Shown here piece after piece: positions 14,450 through 27,300 of a DNA stretch of 64,000 nt (the stretch's first letter is position 1; every line of letters starts with the position of its first letter). The position numbers and the translations under genes are program-made. Source of the stretch: Raillietiella orientalis (lineage: Eukaryota); contig JAYWIR010000101.1 of NCBI GenBank assembly GCA_036172245.1, forward strand, positions 124,001-188,000, in the 5' to 3' direction. The notes beneath the pieces were generated by a model. That model had not been told where the DNA came from and ran no database searches. It saw only the letters and a list, made by a program, of their open reading frames with translations.

Positions 14450-14662
14450 GCTCACCAAAGACCCCTGTCCTCTGCCCCCCATCTTTTTATTTTTATTTTT
14501 TTATAGTAGTGTATTTGTGGTCCCCTCCCTTCCGTTCCGGACTTTCAGCATAACGGCCTGCGTGTCAGGGATCCCACCCCCTTCGTCTCCCGTTTTCCCC
14601 TTTGTCCGGGAACTCGTTTCCCGGGTAGTTTTAATAAACGCCCCGGCGCACCCGGGTGACAA
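14450..14662 (+). mobile_element. 3'UTR-only Tx1 insertion (lineage G)
   Basis: T-rich tract, then AATAAACGCCCCGGCGCACCCGGGTGACAA. Confidence 0.75.
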
Positions 14663-15426
14663 ATAGCCGCTTTCCGGAGATCCGTTCGATCTCTTGCGCT
14701 TGTTCTGCAGAGATCACGTGGATTGCCTCCAGCAGCGCAAGGTCGTAGGACTCCAGAAGGGCGGCCATGTCTCGTCTCCTGCCGGAGTCTGTCATGCCAT
14801 TCACGTTCCAAACGGCGACGCACAGACGACGGCGGGAGGAGATTCCCGGCATTACTGCTGGGAAGATTAAGGTGTCGGGGAGCCCGAATCTTGCGAGGCG
14901 GGCGGGATGTCCATGGGGGTTTCGGCCTTCTCAGGCACCTGAGGCACCTGTTCGGCCTCCAGCCCCTCCAGCCCCTCCGTTTCCGCGCGTGGGAGTCTCT
15001 CGGGCGACGGGTCCCGCGAGTTTCCCACTCTTATGGCTCCCTCGCCTGCAGAAGCCATCTCTTCCGCTTCGACGGGGGAGACGAGCTTCCTCAGATTTGT
15101 GGACTTACGTCCAGCCTTCTTGCGGGGTGCCGTGGAAACGGAGGCTGCACTTCCGGCCTCCACCTCGGGGTTGGAAGTGGGGGACTCCTGAGGGGAGGTC
15201 GGACGCCTTACGGCCTTCTTGCTAGCCTTGGAGGCTGCCGGCTGCAAAGAGGCAGCCAGCTCCTTCGCGGCTCGCGCGAAGGCTACGTCATCGATGGTGG
15301 TGTCGATGACGGACGCCGCCGCCGGCTCGCTCCCCTCGCTCCGACAGAGTCAACAGAGGGGTTGTAGTCGGTAGCCGCGAGTTCTTTTTCGCAGCATCGG
15401 GAATACGCTCGAAGACAACGCTGCAC

Positions 15427-15745
15427 GGACGTGTTCTGTGTTGCTCCTCGAGCGTGATTCCTTTCCGTCTTCTTGTGTGTGGTGTGTCCGAGTGCGTCCA
15501 CTGGGATATCAACGGAGCCCCTGCGGCAAAAGATGGATGTGGAGACTGCTACTGGCAGTGGAGACTCTACTTCAGATGTCCAGTCCGGCCCTGATTCTTG
15601 TGTCTCGCCACCGGCGTGAAGCTTCGCCGCCGTCGTCAAGGCGGCGGCAGCCAACGGAGCACCGCCCAACGAAGCGGAGCTGCAGGCATATGCAGCCCAT
15701 GGCTACAAAACTGCGCTCTGCTATCCGGTGAGTGCTGCTATCTCC
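15427..15745 (+). mobile_element. 5' end and ORF1 start of Tx1 lineage F
   Basis: GGACGTGTT leader; SFAAVVKAAA..EAELQAYAAHGYKTAL is homologous to the ORF1 starting at 47360. Confidence 0.75.
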
Positions 15746-15967
15746 GGATCGCCCCCGGATCCCCCTCACCGGTGGTGGTATCAGGCATTGCTGCCTAATT
15801 CTCCACCCTTACCACGCACAACCACCAACGGAAATGAAACTCAGGAGCAGCGAAAAGACACGTCCGCTCGACCCTCAGCAATCTCCAGGATTGGGATCTT
15901 TTTAAGGTCTCGGTCCGCGAGTTTATCGAGGAGTTCCCCTTGCACCGCCTGCCCCGGGGATTTGGGG

Positions 15968-16290
15968 TTGCCACCCGGGTACGCCCAGGGCGTTTATTGA
16001 AAACTCTACAAAAACGTGGTACGAGGCCCCACTAACGGCCGCCCAACACCGGACCTGCTGGGACGCCGGGACGCAGCCCAGAGCGACGCTGCTCGGGTGC
16101 GGAGGGGAGTTTGGGAGAAAACAAAAATAAAAGAAAGAAAAAAAAAAGGAGTTTGGCGGGAGGGGAAGGGACCACTCTCCACTAGGAGGAGGGCCCATCC
16201 TTCGCAGGATGCTCTCTAGGTCCTTCTGCGCTTGTCCCAGATGGGGCCATCTCGCAGCATTTCGCATGAAGCTCACGGCATACGGGATGC
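15968..16290 (-). mobile_element. Tx1 B 3' end inserted at a GFG site
   Basis: IPYAVSFMRNAARWPHLG, B 3'UTR, hairpin abutting host ..RGFG. Confidence 0.88.
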
Positions 16291-16300
16291 CGGCATACGG

Positions 16301-18334
16301 TCTTATCTGCGCTCCTGCTGGCGCAACGCGTACATAAATATTGGTTTCAGCGGCCGGCACGTGTAAGGCGTGCCAGTGCGTCGCGGTATCCGGCAGGGTG
16401 ACAGCCTGAGCCCCTTGCTCTTCAGCATCTACTTCGAGTTGGTGCTGAGGGCATACAGGGTAACTCTGGCAACTCTGCCGAGCTCGTGTGCCAGCACGCC
16501 TGCTATGTCGGCCTATGCAGACGATCTACTGCTGCTGCTTCCCGGGTCCACCCCGGGGAGTGCGTTCGAGGAATTCTTCGAGTTGCTGCTCCGCGGGACG
16601 GGCCTGGAGGTGAACAGGGCGAAGTCGTCTATGATGTACGTCGGCTCGGCGTGGGCTGGACGGTCGGACTGGATCCGCTTGGGGATCCCCACGGGCAGGT
16701 GCTTCAAGTACCTAGGCGTTCCGATGGGGGACTTCTGCGCAGCAGAAGCCTGGTCCGACCGTCTCCAAAAGGCAGAGTTGGCGATCGGTCCGTTCCAAGA
16801 AAGCAAGTTCTACTTGCAGGAACGGGCCGAGGTGTGGAACGCGTTTGCGGCCCCCCTTCTTCGCCCCCTACTTTTTTGTGTGCCCCGTTTCTCATTTTGT
16901 TCAGAAAAGAGCAGCGGGCCTCCTGAGGACAGTCCTTTGGGGCAAAGGGAGGTCCCGTGTGAGGCTCAAAGACTTGTGCGCTCCACGTAAGGACGGAGGA
17001 CTTGGCGTACTTACGCTGGAGCGCATCGAATTACAACTTCGCTTCAGGACTCTCGCCCTCGCGGCAGAATTGTGGGACACGCCTTGGTGCGTTCCAGCAC
17101 GCCTCCTGGCCCAACGAGCCTGCGGATCCGGTGGACTTTTGTCGTTTCCGTCTGCGCGCGTCTGCAGAAGAGCACACTGTGGCTCTATGCTGCGACGCAT
17201 CCCCGTTGCGGTTCTGGAGAACGCCTGGATCTCCTGCCTCCCAGGGAACTACTCTGCCTGGTTGCACGAGTCAGTCTCCACCTGGGAAAAGATCCACGTT
17301 CCGGCGGGCACAAGGAACACTTGCCTGAAAAGGCACGCCCGCTGGACGCTGCAGGAGATCCTGCAGTCCCACGACAAGCTTCTATGGGCCTTGATAACCC
17401 CCCTCGCCCCAGTGCTGCCCTTCCTTGTGAATGCCAGGGACAGTAGCGAGCAGGGGAAATGGACCGTGTCCTGCACCATAGGTGGCAGGACACAATCGAT
17501 AAAAACGTGGACATCTTGGCAGCTAGCTGACGCTGCGACGCCGAGTGTCCCGCCCGACGGAATTCGACGCTGGGGAGAGCTACTCGGACTATCTCCGGAG
17601 GAGATGAAGTGGCCCCCAGCGTCCTGAAACAGTGGATCCCTCCCTCTTAAATGGCAGGAGGTGACGTTGCTTGTAATGCATTGGGGTTTACCCTGTAAAG
17701 CACGCCTGTACCACACCACTCGGGGGGCTGTGCATCCCCAGTGCGACCGGTGTGGGGAAAAGGAGACCTTCCCCCACCTTCTAATTGAGTGCAGTGGCAT
17801 CCGCCCTTTATGGAATCGCCTAACGGCGTTTCTGGACTTGCGCGGATGCGGCCCCAAGGACGTTTTCATGCGCCTCCTCTGTAGTGACGCCTTGTCCCCC
17901 CCCGCTTCTGTAGCAATCCTCTGCTGCATTAGGGATCGTGGCGGCTTGGAACGCCACCAGAAGAAGACGTCAGCCAACTGGCAACGCCTTACGATGGACT
18001 CGCCTATTTGTGCGAGCTTTATGCAAGTGGCGCCACTTAGGCGCACAGAGAACTCAGCTTGTCCGGATCCTGAATAGGATCTAGAGGACCTATCCGGGCG
18101 CACACGATCCCTTCCCTGCCCTCCCATCCCTAAAACATTTATCCCCTCCCGTGTTTAAACTTTTTGTTTGTTTTGTTTTTTCTGTCCCAACCCCCGCGCA
18201 TCGGAAGGACCCCTCCGGCCTAGCGCCGGCAACCAGCAAGCTGTTTTGTCGTGGTGCACCTTCGGGTTCTCCACTGGAAAAATTAATGTATTTTTATTTT
18301 TCGAAATAAATGCCCCGGCTTATCCGGGTGAAAA
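16301..18334 (+). mobile_element. 5'-truncated Tx1 lineage H (RT, CCHC, 3'UTR)
   Basis: GIRQGDSLSPLLF, YADD, KYLG, CDRCGEKETFPHLLIEC, AATAAA-hairpin-AAAA. Confidence 0.88.
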
Positions 18335-21300
18335 CAACCGTCGGTGCAGAAAGAGAGGAGGCGGCGCGTATAACGGACGCGACCTTCGCGCAGGCCGCGG
18401 AAGAACTTTCAGCCATGTTACGGCAGCCTGCCAAGGCCGAGAAGAAGGCCTTGAGACGACCGGCAACGGTGAAAGGCCCGGAAAATTCCGAGTCCGAAAC
18501 CGAAGCCGGTTGTTCTACTTCCGCAGCTGTGCCGAAGAGGAAGGCTGGCAAGAAGACCGGTTGCCCGAAAAGGGTCGCCCCTCCACAGGTGGATGAGGCC
18601 ATGTCTCCGGGCACGGAGGAGGAGGATATGTGCGTGGCGCCACGCGACCCCTCTCCGATCCGTGTCTCCGAAGCCAGCCCGATGGATGTCGCTGTGGAAG
18701 ACGTGCTCCCGTGTGAGCAGCCGACCGTCGTCACGGCCGCCAACGAGCCGCCTCCCGCAAGGGAGGAGGCCGCCTCCACCCCACAATAAACGCACCAATG
18801 CGTGGGCTCGCCTCCTGCCGCCGCTTGCGCATTACTTGGAACGTCAACGGGTTGCGCGACGACGGTAAGATGCGAGACGTAGCCGCCATACTGCGAGAAT
18901 TCGACCTTGTGCTCCTGAAAGAGACGCACGTTCTTAAAGCAGAAGTCCAGGAAATGGAAAGAATCGCGGGAGGGCGGCTACTGTGGAGGAACGGAAACGA
19001 CCGCTCCTGCGGAGTGGCCTTTATGCTGAAGCCAGCCGTCGACAACGCATTGCGCTGCGTGAGGTTCAAAGAGGAAGGTCGAGTTGGGCAGCTTCCGTTC
19101 AAGTGATCCGACTCGATCGACCTCATAGTCACGAACCTGTACGCTTCGGTGTGCAACCACAGGGCCGAGAAACGCACTGCGTTCTTTGAATTACTGCGGC
19201 GAGAGTGGCTGGCTGAAGCAAGCGTACGACGAGTGCACTTCATTGCGGGCGACTTCAATCTCCGCCTGCTGGCAGGTGCGCCGTGCATTCGAGCACGACT
19301 GGTCAACGAGTTTTGCGCAGCCATCAATGCGCGCAACTTGTTGGCCGGTGATGCCTGGAGAGATCGGAACATCGACTACATGTTCCTCGACAACCACCTG
19401 TGCAAGCAAGTGGGAACTCGAGGAACGCTCCCGGCACAGCTGTCCGACCATCCACGGCTCGTGCTTGAGATACAACCACGCGACAAGGGCGCTCCCCGGA
19501 AAACGTGGCGCCGCCCAAGGGACTAATGGCGCCTCGCAGGAGCGGCGGAACATCTGCGCGCCTTCCTGCGAGGATTCCATCTTGAGACGCTCGCGGACTG
19601 CGACGAAATGAAGTGCTCAGTCCGCGAGTTTTGCAATCAGTTTCCCCTGGAACATCTTCCGCGGGGCTTCGACGATGCCACCCGGATACGTCGGGACGTT
19701 TATTAAAAACATTTCGACAGTCAATACAGAACGTGGTACAAGGCCCCACTTACGACTACGCAATACCGGAACTGCCGGGACACCCGGACGCAGCCCGGTG
19801 TTGCTCTCCTCGGCAGTGAAGGGAGATGGGGGAGAAAACAAAAATAAAATAAAAGAGAAAAACAAACTACAAAAAAAAGTTTGGAGGGCCGGGAAGGGAT
19901 CACAGAAAACTGCTGGGAGCGCCCATCCTTTGCAGGAGGCCTTCTAGTTCCATTTTCAGTTTTCCTAGATGGGGCCATCGGGTAGCTCTCTGCAGGAAGC
20001 GAGAAGCATACTCGATGACGTCCCTCACGATGCAGACTTCATCTTCGGCATCACTCCAGGCCGCCACGATACCACGAATTCAGCAAAGTGCTGCCAGGGC
20101 TGCGGCTGGATTGAGGACGTCCCGCATGAAGACAAGACTGTAGACACATCCAACGATGCCACCATCCGGTATCCCAAGGGCCGTTTTAAGACGATTCCAA
20201 AGAATCTGGACAGCAGGGCATTCAACTAAGAGGTGGGGGAGCGACTCTCGCTCCCCACACCTGGCACACGCAGGATTAACTCTACCCCGCGTCCAGTGGA
20301 AGCGGCGCGCGTTGCAGGGTAGACCCCAATTCAGACACAGAAGCGCCGATACTTGCCACTTCAGGGGAAGAATCCTAAATCCAAGTAAAACCGGAGGCCA
20401 CTTCAGGTCATCCAATCGAATGCCGAGCAGCTCGCCCCATCTTCTTAATCCAAGCGGCTGGAGACTAGAGGTCGTTGCATCTGTCAACTCTCCCATGGTC
20501 AAGCAGCTCATCATCTTCTCTCTGCCTGCGATACGGCAGCAGACTTGCCACCTTGGCTTCCGACTTTCGTGAAGCGCTTTCTGGAGGAAGGGAATCGCCG
20601 TAACAAGCGGTGTGCCTTCCGCCCACCTGCAACTCTGTGGAAATTCAAGAATTTCACGGAGAGTTCGGCGGGCGTAAAAGCCGACTCGCAGGCAGTTAAT
20701 CCGGTCTTTGCACCTCTGGTTCTGCTTGGCCCACGTGTCAGCAGTCTCTTTCAGCCAAGCGGAGGACTTGGCGAAGCCACAAACCTTCCAGTCGTTCTCC
20801 TTTGCAAGGGTTGCCGAGCAGAAGACCGCATCTTCGAATCTTCCGGCAACGGTACAGAAGAAACGATGCGAGTCCATCGCACCGGGACACACAGCTGGCC
20901 AGGAGGCAGGCCGAAGTGCACCAAGGGGCGCTCCACATCTTCGCTAAGATGGCGAGGGTTCGCCACCGCAGCCGCTTCTCCACGCGCTCCAGCGTCAGGA
21001 GGCCAAGACCTCCTTCCCAACGCGGAGGGCACAAGTCCTTCAGAGGGACTCGGGGCCTCCCCTTGCCCCAAAGGGCGATACGGAGGAGGTCCTTTGTCCT
21101 CTTCTTCCATTCCACGGTGGGGAAGCAAACAAAAAGAAGAGGCGGAGGATGGGGGCCGCGAAGGCGTTCCAAACCGCGGCCCGTTCCGGCAAGTGAAACT
21201 TGCCTTCCAGGAACGGGCCGATCGCCGTCTCGACTTTTTGGAGGCAGCTGGACTACACTTCCGCAGGGGAGTAGTCCCGCAACGTCACACCAAGGTACTT

Positions 21301-24300
21301 GAAGCACCTTGCCGTGGGGATCCCCAGACGGAACCAGTGCTGCTGCCCTACCCACGCCGCACCTATTGGCACCACCGACGACTTAGCCCTGTTTACCTAC
21401 AGTCCAGTCCCGCGGTTGACCAGATCGAAGAATTCCCTGACCGTCTTTGCCGGGGTGGACATTGGCAACAAGAGCAGAAGATCGTCGGCGTAGGCTGTTA
21501 CGGCGGACGTGCCGGGGCACGAGCTCGGCAAGGGTGCCAAAGTTACCCTGTACGCTCTCAGCACCAACTCAAAGTAGGTGCTGAAGAGCAGGGGGCTGAG
21601 GCTATCTCCCTGCCTTATGCCCCGCCGCACCGGCATGCCATACACCTTGTGACCTCTGAAACAGACGGTAATCATCGCATTCTGTTAGCAAGGGCGCAAA
21701 TAGGAAATCATGGAGAGTGGGAAGCCCATGCGACCCAGGAGCTCCGAGAGTAGTTCCTGGTCTACACAGTCGAACGCATTGTGGAGATGGACTGCGAGCG
21801 CTAGGGCCCCCTTTTCCGATCGAGGGTCCCTTCCAAGCCAGGCTGGCGACCCCAATGTGGTGTTGCCGACTTTTCCTATCCCTTTCTTCTCTCTTCTCTA
21901 CAGGTGCACCCATGTGCTTGTGAAGAAGAGGTTGGCATCCATACTTCGCCCGGGAAAAGCATAAGTCTGCTCCGGGCTAATTACGGATACTGCCACCTAC
22001 CCCAGACGCGAAACCCATAGCCCTGCTATCAACTTGGCGTCCGTATTCACGATCGTGATCGGACGCCAGTTCCTTGAATCCCAGAGGTCTCCCCCTTTCG
22101 GAAGGAGTCTCACTCTGGCTGACCGTTACGAGGCGGGAACATCGCCTTCGTCTCGGATCAGCCTGATCAACTTAAGCAAATGGGATGCAGGTATTTTGCG
22201 AAGCTCTAGGAGAACTCCGCGGGCAAGCAGTCTCCCCCTGTAGCTTTACGCCTCTTGAGCCTTTTGATACCGGCCAGAATTTCGCAGGTGGTAAAATGCT
22301 TGTCGAGGATTTCCATCTCCTCCGCCCCTATTGACGAGGCGCCATCCGGAAGCAAGCGCCGAGAGTCGTCTCGATCTCGGGCTTTCTGGCGTAAAGAGAG
22401 GATTAAAAACACCGCACGAGATGCCGCACCGACGCCGGGGACGAACATTATTGGGCATGGTCGTCCAGGAAGCTGGCCGACCCGGATTGCCAGGCTTGGC
22501 GTTCGGCCCCGGCGCGGCACTCGGCCAGGCGACGGACATTAGGGGTTCTCTCGTAGCTACGAGCCTGTAAATAGGCCCGATGGTTGCCAGCACCCTCGCC
22601 GAATCCGGGGGGCAGACGATCCAGGGGGAACTGCTCACAGAACTCGCGGACCGATTCCTTAAAAAGGTCGCAGTCCTGGAGTTTCCGGAGCGTGACACCT
22701 CTCAGGTATTCGCGAAGGTATTCCTTCGCACCTGAGAGTCGCGTCCAGTCCCCCGGCAGACGCCAATCCCTGGATGGCGGTCCCTTGTCACGAGGCCGCA
22801 TCTCGAAAATTAACCCGGAATGGTCCGACAACGTCGACGCAACCCTCCCCCGTTTGCCGACGCCTGAACACAGGTCAGCGTCGAGGAAGACGTGGTCGAT
22901 GCTGCGGACCATTCCCCTCTCACCCGCGAACAAGTTGCGCGCACGTATGGCGGCGCACAACTCGTTCATCACGTTCACTTGTGTTTCCGGCTCACCTGTT
23001 TGCAGGCGGAGATTGAAATTTATCACCCGCTCACGCCGGGGCATTTATTTATAATAATAAACTAGTCAGAGACAATGTCACCAACCAACAGAAGGACAGA
23101 GAACATAGAAAAATTACCGGCACGCAGGCCTGGTAAACAAACCGCTCGCAGCGTGGGGGGAATGAGGGAAAACAAACAAAAATCAAAACCTGGAGGGAAG
23201 CGTAACGGGTTTTTGGTTAGATTCCGTACTCACGGGGATTCAAACGATGAGCACCTAAAATGTTCCGGAGCCTATGGGGACGCGGGTGTAAAAAGAAAAT
23301 ACAAAATTAGTTTATGGAGGGTAGGGAAATGATCACCGGGTTGGCCGCTGCTGAGCGTGTGTAAACTGGCGGTGTATTGCGGCGAGATTCCTTTTTGTCT
23401 CCTCTGTTAAATGAGGCCATCTAGCGGATGCTCCCATGTAGAAGGATGCTTTGCTGATTGCTTCTTGGTGGTGTCCGTTGATTACCAACGCCTGGCGGAC
23501 GGAAACTATCGCGCGTAAGCAACCGATGGTTGCAATCCTTGCGCTTAGCGACAGCCCGCTCGGAGTGAAGAATCGTCGCAGCAAGTTTCTTGCGGTGTCC
23601 ACTGGATGCATTAGTGCTGTTGCCAGCCTACGCCACAGTCCTTGTAGGACACCACAGTCCAGAAGTAGGTGCGGAATCGACTCCGTCGATCCGCACCGAA
23701 CGCAGTTCGCAGACGCAAGTCCCCCGGAGTCACGATGCCAACGCTCGTTGCACTGAAAACCCCAGTGAACGAAAAGCAGCACGGCTTCTTTTCAAGCAAG
23801 GGGAAGCAGCGAACTGTTAATACACTGTGGAGGTGCCACAAGTTCTTCGGGGGCGACAGCAAGTTCTTCTGCCCACCGGAAGAGTCCCTTTGCAGTAACA
23901 CGAGGAGTGGCGGCGTCCGCCAACTCTTTCGTCTTCCAGGCGCCAAGGAGTTTGGTTTTTCCCGCTATCGTGCAGGAAACCTCCCACCTCGCCGGTTGGT
24001 AACTGTCGTTTCTTGCCCTGAGAGAAGACAGAGCTGCGGCAAGAGGCGTGGCAGCCAGGGTAGAAAACTTCATTTCGTCCTGCAGCACTTCTTCCAAGGA
24101 TCGTGGAAAAAATTGGCGCAGGGGGCGAAGATCTTCAGGGCATAATCCTTGAAACGCCGCCCAGGATTCAATAGACTCCTGCCACTAAGCTCCAAAGTTC
24201 ATTGGGCGGCAGGAGATCCACGAGTGAGCTTCCAGAAGTGCAGTCAACTGCCGTAATGGAAACTCGAAACCCCGCTTCCTGTATTGAATGCCTGCAAAAG

Positions 24301-27300
24301 CGAGAGAAATCCTCCGCTGCCGGCGCATCTCCGCAGGAGAATGCGGGCTGGCACACACAGGGGGGAAGTCCATAGCGGGGCACACAGTGCCAGCAGTCGG
24401 AACTGCAGCTGCAGTCCGATTCGCTCCATTGTCAGGATACCCAAACCAGAATCCCGACGCGGAGCTAAGAAATCTTTAAGGCGGATCCTGGATCTCGCCT
24501 AACCCTAGAGAGCGTTCCTGAGCAGGCGTTTAGCCCGCTGTTTTGCCGCATAGGAGGGGGTCCAAGACAAAAAACAGGGGACGGAGGAGGGGGGCCACAA
24601 AGGTGTTCCAAATAGTCGCCCGTTCCTGCAAGGTAAACTTGCCGTTAAAGAAAGGGCTGTTGGCCAACTCTGCTTTCTGAAGACAGTCCGCCCACGCTTC
24701 GGCTGCGCCCAAAGCGTCCAACGGAACGTCTAGGTACTTAAAGTACGCGCCCGTGGGGATCCCCAGGCGGATCCAGTCGGACTGCCCCTCCCACGAAGTA
24801 CCCACAGGAACGACCGCGCTCTTCTCTCTGTTCACGCTCACGCCCGCTCCCCGACGAATCAGTTCGAAGAAATCCTCGACACTGGACGCCGGGGTGGACA
24901 TGGGGAGCAGAAGAAGCAGGTCATCAGCGTAGGCGGCCACGGCAGGCGTTCCCGGTTAGGAGCTTGGCAAGTGAGACAGCGTCAGCCTGTATGCTCTTAG
25001 CACCAACTCAAAGAAGATGCTTAAGAGCTACGGGCTTAAGCTGACGCCCTATCGGATGCCCCTACGAATGGGAATACCATACACGCGGCAGCCGGTGAAA
25101 GTAATGCAAATTGGCGCGTGGCGCAGGCACGCGCGCAAATACAGCAGGAGTTGCGCCGGGAACCCAAGGCGTTCCATAAGCTTCAAAAGAAGCTTCTGGT
25201 TTACGCAGTCGAACGCCTAGTGGAGATCGACCGCGACCGCTAAGGCACCTGGGGTTCCCTCCTGCAGTCGGCGCCTGTTCTTCTTGCCTGCGGCAGTGAC
25301 TTTCGTAGCAGCCTGGCTTTGCTGCGCCACAACTTCCTGCAGCTGCATCCATGTACGCGCGAAAAGGATGTTCGCCTCCATGGATCGTCCCGGAACCGCG
25401 TAGGTTTGTTCCGGGCTCACCACAGATTCCGCGATACTTCCTAACCGCGCGACCCACAGCTTGAAAAACAACTTGACGTCCGAGTTCACCAACGTGATCG
25501 GACGCCAGTTGTTAAGTTGACGCAAGTCTCCGCCTTTCGGAAGGAGACGCACCTTCGATGAGCTGAAGGAATCCGGGACATTCTCGGATTCACTCATCAG
25601 CGTCGCGAGTTTCAGCATCAAGGGAATGAGCTCCACTGCAAAGCACTGATAAAACTCTGCAGGAAGCCCATCCTCGCCTGGCGCCTTTCGTCTCTCCAGC
25701 CCAGCGATGGCGGACGAAAATTCATCCGCCGTGAAGGGCTCGTCGAGACGTTCGCGTTCCTCCTCGCCGACAACACGAGCATCCTGAGATAGGAGTATCT
25801 CAGAAAGAATATCCTTTGTCGGTAATTCCGCGTACAGAGAGGAGTAGTAGCGTCTCACAATGCGGCGTACTTCGGCTGGGGCCGAACATTCCTGGCCCTT
25901 GTCGTCCAACAGGCATGATGCTCCGGACTGCCAGACCTGTCGCTCGGCCCTTGCCTTGTACTCTGCGAGACGCCCGACATCGGCGCGTCTCGAAAACGTG
26001 TGGGCCTGCAGAAAGTCTCTACTGTTGGCCACACCCTCTCCGAAACCGTGTGGAAGCTGGTGCAAGGGGAATTGGCAGCAGAACTCGCGGACAGATCTTT
26101 TGAGATCGTCCCAGTCCGCAAGTTCTTGAATGGCAAAGCCTCGGAGGTATCCACGTAGATGCTCCGCAGCCTCCGGTTGGCTAAGCCAATCCGCCTGCAT
26201 CCTCCAGTTTTGCAACGGAGGCCCCGTGCCTGGCGGAAGGATCTCAAACTCCAACCTGTGGTGGTCAGAAAGTCGGAAAAAAAAACAAAGGAATCACAAA
26301 AAAAAACAAAAACTCCAAAAAACAATAATAATAATACAAATCAGAACGCGAGCGTTCACAAAAAACCCGCGGTCGGCAAACCGAAAATTTCACCGCACGG
26401 GGCCATAAAGGAATGCCGCGTTACAATCGAACGCGTTCCGTCGATCGAGCCTCGATCGGCGAACGCGACTCCCGGAACCGTTGCGAACGCCGCGGAACCG
26501 CCGCAGGAATCCTGCCACAAACACGCGAGCAGCAGCGACGAGAAAAACTTCGCGAAGGCGGCGGAGAAACTCGCGGCCAACTTAATGCAGCCGCCTAAGG
26601 CTGCAAAGAAGGCCGTAAGACGTCCGCCGGAAGTTAAGGGCCCGGAAACTTCCGGGTCCGAGGCGGAAGCCGGGAACCCTCCCACCGTCGCCCTTCCGAA
26701 GAGGAAGGCGGGCCGGAAGTCGCGCAACCCTATGCGCGTCGCTCCCCCTCAGGCTGAGGAGGAGGAGATGCGCTCGGATAGCGAGGAGGCGATGTCCGCG
26801 AGGTCGCGGGATCCCTTCATCAACAGCATTCGGTCGGTCCTTCCTATCGACCTCAGTCCGGCTGCAGACGTTCCGGTCGTTGCTGAAATGCCACCAACTC
26901 AGATGGATAACGACCAGCCGCCTTCCGAACAGGAGGCGGCAATACACACGCCACCACCATCACTAGTATGATGCGTGGAATCGCCTCTTTCCGGCAGCTG
27001 CGTATAGCCTGTTGGAATGTCAACGGGCTGCGTATCGAAAGCAAGAGGCGTAACGTGGGCAACACCCTGCGACCTTTCGATCTGGCACATCTTTAACAGG
27101 TGCATGCCCTCAGAGCAGAGGACGTTCAGGAAATCGAGAGGCTCACAGGGGGGAGCTACTTTGGCGTGGTGGAGGAGACCACTCCCGCGGAGTGGCCTTC
27201 CTGCTGAAGCCGGCCGTCGCCAATGCGGTGCACAGTGCACAGTTCGACGAGGAATGTCGAGACGGACGACTTGTCCTTAAGTGGTCCGAATAGATCGACC

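Larger units (their letters stand above)
12016..15426 (-). mobile_element. Tx1 lineage A (12016-14449 + 14663-15426), internally deleted
   Basis: 3' hairpin at 12016; ORF1 C-terminus and ORF2 start MPGISSRRR at 14852 nearly identical to the 31744 copy. Confidence 0.85.
10334..15870 (-). mobile_element. Tx1 lineage A2, split and deleted (3' part 10334-12015; 5' end ~15745-15870)
   Basis: 3'UTR, CCHC and RT thumb on the left; GGACGTG leader and MPDTTT ORF1 start on the right; bounded by the 15-bp TSD. Confidence 0.75.
10241..15967 (+). mobile_element. B-like ORF2 host fragment, split (10241-10331 + 15871-15967)
   Basis: ..EFLRGITLRNL resumes as TLSNLQDWDLFK..LPRGFG; TSD accctccggaatctc 10317-10331 / accctcagcaatctc 15871-15885. 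Confidence 0.8.

Noticed and set aside
26277..26340. A-rich tract as a poly(A) tail
   Set aside because: In-frame Lys/Asn-rich part of C ORF1 at a 5' junction
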